Shown here piece after piece: positions 24,291 through 35,243 of a stretch of DNA of 64,000 nucleotides (its first letter is position 1; the number at the start of each line of letters is the position of its first letter). The stretch lies in the NCBI GenBank assembly GCA_049724395.1, contig JAUGWO010000060.1, positions 1 to 64,000 on the forward strand, given 5' to 3'. The translations under genes were made by a program, and so were the position numbers. Origin of the DNA: Spongospora subterranea f. sp. subterranea. Lineage: Eukaryota. The notes beneath the pieces were generated by a model. It saw nothing but the letters and a program-made list of their open reading frames with translations, was not told the origin of the DNA and ran no database searches.

Positions 24291-24431
24291 CGAACTCATG
24301 TCCCGTAGGGGGAATCACTCAAAATGAATGTTCCTGGAGCGAAAGATCTTGGCAATACCAAGCGTGGCTCTTTACTTCTAAGGCACGCAAAACGACCTTT
24401 GTGTCTGATGTGATGCTCAATATCCAGAAGA

Positions 24432-24866
24432 GTGCTATGAATTAACATGGCTCGCTGCAAGCACATAACGTATGGTTTTATCAGTAATTCGAAAGGGCCC
24501 GTCAGAAGACCGCAAAACAACTCCTGTAATGGTCATTTCCGCAGTCCATTGTAGCTTTTGCCAACCCCTCCCCTTTACTCACCCGGGAGGTTCATTGTCA
24601 TTAATATGCGTTTCTCTGTGGAACAGTTTTGGTAATTCAACATGTGCTTGTAGATTCAGGAACGGTGAAGCCGGATTTTTTTTTAGCATATTTTCGGGAG
24701 AACCTGCTCAGCACAAATCCAGAAAGGGGTTGGAATCGCGAAGCTACCCTGGACTGGGGAAATGCCCATTACAGGCGTTGCTTTGCGGTCTTCTGACGGC
24801 CTCTTTTGAATTACTGATAAAACCATACGTTATGTGCTTGCAGCGAGCCATTGTAATTCATAGCAC
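24432..24866. mobile_element. Fold-back/MITE-like long imperfect inverted repeat
   Basis: 24432-~24570 pairs with ~24725-24866. Confidence 0.6.
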
Positions 24867-24873
24867 GTTCCTC

Positions 24874-25260
24874 ACCAAACCTTATCGCCTCCAGCGTAGT
24901 CCGGGCGCGGTAATCGTTTTTTGTCTGCACAATGCTTCATATCTCGGGCTGCGTATTGAAGCTGTGCCTCAAGGAATTGTCGCACATTGTTGATGTGATT
25001 CGCGCGATCGTCAGCCAAAGGGTGTGTACTAGCGGAACACGTTGTTGCATCGCCGAATTGGGGATGGGAACCATAAACCGCGAAAAATGGCGTCATCTTC
25101 GTCGCCGAGTCCGCCCAATCGTCCTGTTGGAAATTGATAAAGCAACGTATGTACTGTTCCAGGATCTGGTTCACTCTTTCAATTTGACCATAGGTCTGCG
25201 GGTGGCGAGAGGACGCGAGTTTCTTATCGATCTTGAATCGAGATAAGTGATAGTTTGAGA
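24874..25260 (-). mobile_element. Gypsy integrase fragment, inverted paralog of 23963-24279
   Basis: HPQTYGQIERVNQILEQYIR...GDKVW. Confidence 0.88.
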
Positions 25261-25329
25261 ATCCGGCTATTCTTCTTCTGTGCCCTAGTTCGAATATGCA
25301 ATATAACATCTATTCTGTGTTTGTTTAAA

Positions 25330-26990
25330 TACCGAACGAGTTCATGTGCCGTCATCTCCGTTAGCCGCCCTGCATTCCATTGTGCAATTCGATAGTCGCG
25401 ATTGGCAATCTAATTTATGCCCTGTTAAAGAGACTCGTATTTTGTTTCGTGTCAAAATAATTGGTAATGCGGTTTGTTTTTTTCATAGTCGCTGATGGGA
25501 GGTATCATCTGTACTGGTAGCTGCTTTACCAGTATTTGTTTGATAGGCGAGTTACCTGCAAATACTTTGTAGATTATTTTGATGAGGTTTGATCCAATGG
25601 GAAATTCTATTGCATTGGTCTATGCTGGAGAGTTTGGTTGGGTCCTGGAAATGGTTGGACCGCTGATGAGATATGTACGATGTGGCTTTATTCGTGCTCA
25701 TTTTCGTTGATGCGTCTCCGCTTGGGTTTATGACCTTGAACTTCAGGCACTTTTTCCAAATTCCTCGTATTTTTTGGCCGTGCCTTTAGCCGTTTGTATT
25801 TCTTTTCGTCCATCTTACCAGATTTCTCATTTTTGATGCAGAATGGGGTGAGTCGTTTTTTGCCTAAGGGTCTTGCTTGGTCTGTTTTTCCCTGCTGTTT
25901 ATTAGCAGGTCCCTACAGTCGTGGTTAGCTGACGACTCTATGTTTTGTTTTAATCTGGAGTTATGTTTGCTGTGTACTTCAATGGTTGTGTCTGGATTTT
26001 GTCTGTCGTTTTGCTGTTTAGTGGCATGGTCGTTGTATTGGAAGATGTACTGCTCACATTGTTCTTCTGTCATCAGGTTATTGATGTCTACGCTTCGGGA
26101 GTCTAGTCTTATCGGGAATAGAGTTGCATAGTGGTTGAGACTGTTGTGTTCCATTGGGATCGATGGTCTTTCCTGCTTATGGTGCAATAAGTGTAGCGTC
26201 GTTTTCCATTCTATGATATTGCTGAGTTTCAAAGGAGTTATTCGGATATTTGTGATAAACGGCTTTGCTGAATTGCTCTTATGATGATGTTGGGTTTGAA
26301 CATGAGTGCCGCTATTGTCAGCTCGAATAGTCCAGCCCATTGACAATCTTTTCGCATCATATCGAGGTAATCACCCAGTTTATGATCCTCCATAGTTCAA
26401 TATAGTCTGTGCTAGCATACCCCCTTTCTTTGGGTTTTTGGCGTATTGACAGATATTCTTTCTCAGTTGTTGCACGGATGAGTTGGGAATGGCCACAGAA
26501 GTTCGGATCGCTTCCAGAGCACAGTTTCCTATCCCGATTCCGCTCAAAAATATGTATTTCTTGTTTGCATATGTCGGGTGGAATCCGTTCCTAATTTCTT
26601 TCTGCAGTTGGTTGAATTGTTTTTGTTTGGATTGTACTGTCGGGTCATTGCATTCGTTTGAATTTACGTAGACTTTTTTGCAATCCGCAATTGACATGTC
26701 GATTTTCTGTTTTCCTGGACTGTTTCATTTGATAACATCTGCAATGGCGTGACCCATTTGTCTGGTGCATCTTTATTTGGGCATAAAGAAGCCTGATCAG
26801 TTTCCTCCCCACATATGTGACATTTTTTCCGCCCACAATAATCCTTAGCTGAACATTCCAGTATGAGGCATTGCGAGCACGTCTTCTTCTTCTTGATTTG
26901 CTTGGCGCTTGCGTTCCACTCTAAATTGCTTGACACAGATGAGTATTTGTGTACGTTCGACTACTTCCTTCGCGTCCTTATGTTTATAAC
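25330..26990 (-). pseudogene. Degenerate retroelement-like coding remnant (possible LINE ORF1 with zinc knuckles)
   Basis: CHICGEETDQASLCP knuckle-like motif, A-rich coding strand, broken ORFs; family assignment is weak. Confidence 0.35.
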
Positions 26991-27248
26991 CGATTGATGA
27001 ATTATTCAGTGGCTTGTTTTACTTGAACGGAAAACTGCGGTCATCGGAACAGATTTAGACAATCAAACTTCATTATAGCTGTAGGTAGTGAATTAGGGCA
27101 ATGAAACCAGCCTGTAAAAGCAGCAGTAAAACTGGACAATAAGACCAGCCAGTGAAACTATCCAGTGAAACAGGCTAGTGAGGTCACTGTTCCCGTGTAA
27201 TCGGTCCATTTCTTGGTCATAATTTGAACCTTGCGAATTCAATCAATA

Positions 27249-28107
27249 ATGTCAAGGTTGCAGTTCTCAACAGAATCTTCACAAGGAGACACAATTTTAA
27301 CAGAGGCAGTGACTGTGGCCAATCGATTCCTATCCTCGCCACATTTTGTTTATAGAATCAATGAATGGACTGGTGATAGAGATTTTTCGTCCCGGATCGC
27401 AATGGTCAATATAGTCTGGTCCCGAACAAACAGGCAGCTTTATGTCTGGTTCGATTCCCACGAAAAAAACAGCGAAAACTATAATCGTTAACGACATTTT
27501 TAGGGAAAGGTTGGTCTACTTGCTTCATTATTTGAATAGTGAAGTACTGATATCAGTTCTCAGGCTGAATCTCCTACCGCCAGCCAGCGCAGAAGTGCCA
27601 CGAATAAAATTTCTTCTAGTAGTCTGTCTCGTTCATGAGCTGGCTCACCTTATAATGCGATGGAATGGGCACAAATACACACCATCGAGGTATTGCTGAG
27701 CGTTTTGTTGTCGAACACCGTTTTGTAATACAGGTTGTGCTATTAGGTATTTTGGGGAGGCTGGAAATTTTCTAGAAGCGATGACATTGGGGGGAAATTG
27801 CGCTCCCCAAATAGAAAAGGGCGTTGGAAATGCATCAAAACATTGGACATCGGCAATGCCGATTACTGGTGTTGCCTTTCGAAATTCTCGCGGCTTACGA
27901 CGCCTTCCTGATAATACTCTGATAGATGTTCTTGAGGCCAAGCAAATAACCTGTTCTCATTTTCCCCTCAATATTGAACAATATCGAAGTGAAGAAGGTC
28001 GTTTTGTATGTTTTGGGGAGCGCCATGAACCTGAACTCATTTATCCCGACCCTTTCACCCCCAGGAACATGTCTTCTCAGCGATTATTCGTGTGGTACTT
28101 GACATAG
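27249..28107 (+). CDS. Hypothetical HExxH (zincin-like) protein, probably intron-split or decayed
   Basis: CLVHELAHLIMRW followed in the next segment by FGEAGNFLEAMTLGG. Confidence 0.5.
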
Positions 28108-28685
28108 TTTGTGATTGCCTACCGGGTGGACACTAATAACGTTTATACACAAAACGACTTCAGCATATTATTCGTGTTTTCTGGCTAAATGTCCATAATG
28201 CTACAGCCGTTTCAAATATGGATGAGATACGAGGAGACTGATTTCCCCAGCACAGAAATATCACCTTATCTGAAAATGACCTTGTTTGTATTGCTTAGCG
28301 TGGCGCCTGATCTGGCTTGCAGTAATCCCTTCCTTGACGGCTTCATTTGTGTGTGATTTACAAAAACATTTTCCTGTTAGGCAAGCTGGCGACTTTTGCG
28401 GCTAAGACAGACATCAACTCTCATGAATGGAGAGGCCCGTCAACGTATCGCCGATAGAATTCTGCCATGCCCAAGACATATCTGGGTATCCTGAGAAGCC
28501 ACTTGTATTGGCATTTTGTTCAATATATGCATCTCTATTCTTGTCATCAGTCTTCTTGGGATGTAGATCACATGACGATAGGAACGGGGCGTGTTGATGG
28601 TATGGTATGGTATACAAATGTTCGCTGGTTCTTATGGTTCGGGTACTCCTGTGTACTCCCAGGTTTTCCCTACTTCCGCCTGGCC

Positions 28686-28924
28686 GCAACAGCAGCATAA
28701 GTGGTAGGCGATAGGTTATCAAACAAACACAATCAGAGATAATTAAACCTTTAACTATATGTAGAATATAATCACCACTTGGAAGATTGTATTGTTGAAA
28801 CTGAAACGGAAGACACAAGAAAAGTGAGAAGAGAATGGACAGACTATAGATCTGGAATTTGATGAAGAGAGAACAGAACTACAGGAACAATCTGGAAATG
28901 ACGTGATCCACAACCCCTAAACTG
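28686..28924 (-). repeat. ~240-bp non-coding repeat, inverted copy of 33439-33675
   Basis: Alignable by eye along its whole length. Confidence 0.9.
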
Positions 28925-29099
28925 TCATCGTTTTTTCGATTCGCGAGATCTTGTAAAAAAAGCGAGCATAAATTCAATGAGTTCAAAGTCGTTGCGGGAG
29001 CCGCTAGCAAACTGTTCATTCAAAAAGTGGCTCTGGCTGGCGAAAACTAGCCTGGCGCAATTCTCCTGTTGAAGCCAGCAATCAAACCAGAGTCTTAAT

Positions 29100-29760
29100 T
29101 TAGGATGGTTAATTTAACATCACAATCCCAGTATAACGTTCGAAATGTCGACACTTTTGAGACTCATCTGCAAAACTTCAAGTGCTGTAAAATGCCTCCT
29201 GCATTGGCCCATCCACTGCCTCCATTAGGAGCTTGACAAACCGTTCAATATCGTCTCAGCTTATTGTGAATGCTGGATGTACCAATAAAACATCTTGACC
29301 ATTGCAATTGCTGAAATCTTTTTTTTGAGTTTGGGGAAGATACCGACCGATCTGCCCGTTTGATGTTGCCAACGAATTAAGCCAGCGATATCAATAATGT
29401 TGGCAAAACGTGTGAACTGTTGTGTCGGCTCCAGAGAAGAGCGTGCGGCCAGTGAATCAACCACAACAAATAAATTAATGGAATTGTTGGTCTTAAGTCG
29501 AACGCTTCACGATGCTCTTTCTACCTACTTTACTTAAAGCCAAATTTTGTGGAAAAATCTATCCAGAACACGGTTGCCCTCATGATTTTTCGAGGATATC
29601 TGCATTCACCGTTCCAAGCACCGCTGCTGATTTGATGCAATTTATATGTGCCTCTACGTGGCTAAGTTCACATATTCCTGAATTCGAACCGCTAACAGCC
29701 CCTCTGACAATTACTCGAAAACCTTATGGCTGGAGCAAAGCAACGCAACAAGTTCGCTGA
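29100..29760 (+). pseudogene. Gypsy pol remnants
   Basis: KFCGKIY...PSTAADLMQFICASTWLSSHIPEF...APL RT-connection motif. Confidence 0.6.
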
Positions 29761-30750
29761 CCGTAAGATTATGAGTATCTTTTATTGAATGGGATATAAT
29801 CCATGAAGAGTATTATGTGTTCCGATACAATAACGATATGGGACTTGCCAGTTATCGTAGTGATCACAATTAGATCCTCCCGGGATTACTTCGTCCTGGT
29901 ACAGTCAAACTGTCAACAATCGATATATCATGAACAATCAATGGTGTCGTAACACAGTCAGAATGTAGTTGCGATAACAACAGCAGTTCTACTGATGATG
30001 GTCTGCTCATGCCGTTATTAGAAAAACCTTCAGACGACCAAACGGGTCTCGTCCTGCCAGGAAGCCGAACAAGGACCGACAACGTGTGCTATATAATAAC
30101 TTGTTGCACAATGATTATTGGGGTCCCAATCCCATATACAATGCTCGAGACTTCCAAAATTCCAACAGCTGCATCACTGGTGACGAGCTGGAAAGCTTTG
30201 GTGATATTAAGGTCTTCAAGAGCAGTAAGGTTTAGACTCCAAAAACTTTGCACTTCATTCTTGCCGGAGCAGTTCCGTTCATTGATGTTCCGACCATGAT
30301 AACCTGACAATCGTCAAATAGAATATCAAACTTGATCATCTTCACCGTGTAAACAGTTATCGTTATCATTATCGTGACTTAATAGCCACCAGAGTGTAGT
30401 TAATTCGTTCGCTATCGCTATCGAATTTCGTTATGAACATCATCGGTTATCTGTTTAGAAATTAAGTTTTGATGTTCACCGATACGGGTCCAGTGCGATC
30501 TTGTTTTCTGTTTGTGCGACTACACCAGCAGACTGTTGTTTTTTCTCGAAAGATCAATTATTTTGTCATTCTGCAGTTGACCAAACACGTCAAGGGAGTT
30601 GTTTAGGATTATCACTCAAGATGGATCAGATTTATCGGAATTGAGATCTTAGAAGGTAACGTCCACCTTGTTTAGTCATCAAGTTTGGGGAATATAGGAT
30701 CGGACAAGGGTACTGGATGAGTGAATCACAAACTGATTTGAGTAGCGACG

Positions 30751-32010
30751 ATGGCGGTTGAACCGGAGGAAGATATCGATACGATGATGCTGGGCGCCAG
30801 AGTACCTGGTTATATGGGATATATTCCACAACATGAGTTAGCGATTGGTCGCAAAGTATTAAGACAACATCATACCGCTTTTCCCACAATCATCTCCACC
30901 AATGTTCACGCAAATCAAATATAATTGTGGTTCATGTATTGTCTGAGGCGAAACATTCTACAAGTTAAACACTTCATTCATGCTGTTAACTTAAGATTTG
31001 GGATTGGAATAACGACTGAGAGAATTGAGGCGTTGTTCAGGTTGGATATACAACGACGCTTACAGAGCCAGCTCTGCAGACCGATAGCGATTTTGCCGAT
31101 TCAGCAAAGCGGCGTTATTCATATAGTCAGCCAATGAGCAGTTATTCGTATCAGATCGGTGTTGCCACTAAACCAGGCGATTATCATCGCCCAATACAAG
31201 CCCATCGCCGTCCAACAAACGACAAAACACTAGAAATGCACGGGTACAACAACCACTACATGATCAAAAACCAGTGTTTGATCTCAGTCCGGTTGAAAGC
31301 GATATGATGAATTAGATTGTTTCAGAAAATCGTCAACAAAGCACTGGTGTACAACCTATAATGGAGCGTTTAACGCAGATGCATGGAATGCTCGGGCCCC
31401 AATGCGTTGTGGTGACCCAAGCGCGATGCCATCATCTGATGGCAGGACATTGCACCCGACAACGGCCACTTCATCATACGGTCATGAATATCAGGATCCT
31501 GATGTAAACACATATCCACCACCTCAGAGAACAGGAACCCCCTGATATTGTCTGCCATTCAGATCACGCTGAAGAACAGAGCGATTGGCCGAATGCCTGT
31601 ACTAAAAGACGATTTGTCGTTGGGTACAAATAAGAATTCCAACAGGTCAAATAAGGAATTGTTGCAATGATGGTTTGTGATTAAGAGAAACATCAGGATG
31701 CTGGGATATGCTGGATTCATACCAGGATCCGCCAATAATCAGGGACATATACATTCCATCATCAAAACTAATAAGAACGAGCTGCTCACAATGAATTTGT
31801 ACGATTTGCACATATCACAGATTTAGACATTTTTGGATTGTTTTCGAAGAATTTGATTCGACTATTCAGAAAGTCCAATTTGATTATGACCGGGTTTTCT
31901 GTTTTTCTAGTCGCCAGAATTGTACAGGATATACTGGTCATGTACCTCGTAATGCGGCAAACAATCGCGGGCCTCGAAAACCCAACGTAAACACTTCCAG
32001 CGGGGACTGA
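30751..32010 (+). CDS. Multi-exon protein with repeated (P)GYxGxxP motifs; candidate FAM166/PYG-type ciliary microtubule inner protein
   Basis: VPGYMGYIPQ (~30800), MLGYAGFIPG (~31700), CTGYTGHVPR (~31925); open exons with GT-AG borders between them; gene ends uncertain. Confidence 0.55.
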
Positions 32011-32324
32011 TTAAATAAACTTGATTGATTTTCATTCACGACCACATAAATATCAAATACAGCTTAATCATGGCACCATGGCAACTTTCTCAAACAGATA
32101 ATATCAAAATCCGATCGTTTAAAGTTTTCAAAGGGGATATACAGGTGAGATCTGCACAACTGGTCGCTGATTGCAGATAGTGTTGACAACCAGACTGCAC
32201 CACCGTGTGACCCTGTGACGGGCGGGCCCAACCACGCGGTTAACCCACATACACAGTAACGGAGGACGCGGAGTGGTTCATCATCGTCATTGACAGTACT
32301 GGTGATACCTATCTGGGATTTACC

Positions 32325-33042
32325 ATGGGCTCTCTCCCACCAACTCTGCCTAAATCAGAGATCAAGCCGGTGGATCAGGCCACATTAAATCCCATGGATA
32401 ACTGTGCCATTAAAGGGATCTTTAGTGGCGTTGTAGGTTGGTAAAATGGGGATATGGGGTCGTGTCCCATGTGTAGTCAGTAATATTACAGTGCGGTTGG
32501 GCAATCGTAACGCCATACCACTGACTGACTGACGCATGTGTAACGATGCTTCCACCTGAAACGTGACCTGACGTAGGTGGCGCTATGGGTATCGCATTTG
32601 GTCTATTAATGGGATCACTGGATCATTCTGTGTCAATGAGTGAAGAATATTTAGCCGCTAATAACAGAGGTGCTGTTTATCCCTGTTTTACTTCATTGCA
32701 GAAATAGTAATTGGATATTGGTTTTAGGAAAAATCAGATTAACGCTAAAGGATATGATGTCGAAAAGCAAATCCTATGGGAGAAATTTCGCGACCGTTGG
32801 TCTTATATATTCAGCTACCGAATGCTTTATAGAAAAGGTGAGATACAGATATTACTTTTCAAGGCTATTAATATGATGATGTTCATTAGCAACGGGCCAA
32901 ACACGATTTATATAATGTGGCGGTCGCCGGGTGCATTACTGGGGCGGCGTTAAGCATTGGTGGCGGTCCACAAGGTTGTGCCATGGGATGTGCTGCATTT
33001 GCTGCATTTTCAACCGCTATAGACGCATATATGGAGAGATAA
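32325..33042 (+). CDS. TIM22: Mitochondrial inner membrane translocase subunit Tim22 (4 exons)
   Basis: [12 protein letters not shown]...[62 protein letters not shown]. Confidence 0.93.
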
Positions 33043-33438
33043 TATTCATAAAAATACGTTTGAAGAAGGCTGTAGAGGCGTTATATAATATCATCCAAAG
33101 ATATTCACCCCAATGAACAAGTATTCTGTTTCAAAACATGTTTTTGAATAGAGTTGTGAAAAGTGCGATTTTCCATTCTTGTGTTAGTTATCTGGTATTT
33201 TGCTGTCGCAAACCGTATCTACAACAGGACCGCTGGTTGTACAAGCTCGTAAATCTGGATTAAGGTCGTCAAGAGGATTTGTTGTATTTCTCTATTTCAA
33301 TATCAGGAATCGCTATCAATCATCACAGCAATATTTCATGTGTATTCCTGAGTTATCACTACCTTGATGATACGACACAATGTAATAATTCAACGTTATA
33401 TACTGCACCGAGGTGCGGTGGATGACGATTGTGGATCA

Positions 33439-33675
33439 CAGTTTAGGGGTTGTGGATCACGTCATTTCCCGGTTGTTCCAGTAGTTCTGTTCTCTCTTCA
33501 TCAATCCAGATCCATAGTCTGTTCATTCTCTTCTCACTTTTCTTGTGTCTTCTGTTTCAGTTTCAACAATACAATTTTCCAGGTGGTGAATATATTCAAC
33601 ATGTAGTTCAAGGTTCAATTATCTCTGACTGTGTTTGTTTGATAAACTATCGCCTACCACTCATGATGCCGTTGC
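33439..33675 (+). repeat. ~240-bp non-coding repeat, inverted copy of 28686-28924
   Basis: Alignable by eye. Confidence 0.9.
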
Positions 33676-33719
33676 ACAGATGAATATATTGGAAAGGGTC
33701 ACAGCCCCGAACTGTTCAT

Positions 33720-34130
33720 GTGTCAACCACAGACCATTCCCCAACAGGGTTCTTCGTTCCTGTTGTGTTAGGCGACACTCTCCAGGAGCCCGCCTACATT
33801 GACAGCGGCGCGTTCTACTCCAGCGTCCCCGAAGATGTGCTAGGATCACTACCTCCCGTCTTTCGCAGAACGTTCATCGCCTTGCCGGCCAACAGCACTG
33901 TCTCGCTCGGAGCACTCGACGTCTCCGTTCCCCGGTTAGGATCAATCGAGCTCCAGTTCACATGGGCCAAGCCGCTCGTGCATCGTTTTGAGATCGTCCA
34001 GCCCCTCAAACGAGTTAGGGTGATCATCGGCCGCAATCTTTTCGGCCCGTTAGGTATCAACATCTGCGGTCAACCCGTTCCAGAAGGTCATTTCGATAGG
34101 TATTTGCTGCATTCGCTATGCTGCATATAG
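33720..34130 (+). pseudogene. Retrotransposon-type aspartic protease fragment
   Basis: AYIDSGA catalytic motif and VIIGRNL. Confidence 0.7.
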
Positions 34131-35243
34131 GTATTTGCTGCATTCGCGCTTTTAAAAAATCCACATAAACATTCTCCTCAGAATATTTTGTCCGACTTGG
34201 GGTGTCCCGGCGATGGTGGTGAGCCTCTACTGGTGGATTCGTAATAAACTACTTGCAGTTGACATCACTCGTACTGCGAATCTCACCCGAGACGACGACA
34301 GTTTTACTGCATATCGTACAGATTATTCTAGATTTAATTAAAACCACCCAATCACGGAATGCACAGCACATGAGAACAAACCATAGACATGTATATGTGT
34401 TGTATTGAGATAAGTTTGGGTGATTCATCCTCAGAGTATGGGTCAATATCAAATATATTCATATTAGAGGTGTCAGAAAATTAGGGTCGTTAACGACACT
34501 CATCATCGGATGGATCATGTGAATTCGCCATATTTTACAATCTAAAACAAAAACAGACTCATCAGATCACATTTCACACTTGATATTCTATAATAAAAGT
34601 GGATAATTATTCAGAACTATCGTTCGTCTCCATCGGCCGCCGAAGCGGATTGGACTCTCGGACAGGGATAACTTATTATCTTCATTTAACAGAATTCATA
34701 AACGGTCAAAGAAGATCACATACCTGTATAATATAACACAACCGCCTATGGCATAATCGCTGAATACAATCAGACACGATTTATGTCATAGGCGATTGGT
34801 GATGCGCCATCAACCGGTCTGATACCGCTATGACCCCGATACTCAGAACCTGATACCGAGGTCATGGCGATAATTGCCGTCACGGACTGCGCAACTCCGA
34901 CCGCGGTCTCAGTATATATGATCAACTGCCCTAATCCATATTATAACAGATCCGCGTTAATAAACCGATATCAAATCTGCGATATTTTGAGTTTTAGAAA
35001 AGAGTGTTGTTATATTATATTCTATTGTGACAATGTTCTTGTCCCTCCTTATTATGTGATTGAAATGGAATTGGGTTCTGCCGCTTTTCTATTCGCATCT
35101 CAACGATGCGATCGGTGCCAGAATCCGACGGCGAGTTCGTTGCGCACGATATGGTGTCGCCGTGTTATCATCGTCACCACAATATACAACACGTGGGGTC
35201 CAATCAGTCCTGAATTGCCAACACGTGTTAATCTGGTGTTTGA

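Noticed and set aside
1..25300. In-frame stops and frameshifts as possible recoding or an alternative genetic code
   Set aside because: They differ between paralogous copies, and host genes translate and terminate normally with the standard code; consistent with decay or sequencing error
33439..33450. TTTAGGGG telomere-like word
   Set aside because: A single unit within a dispersed repeat; no array
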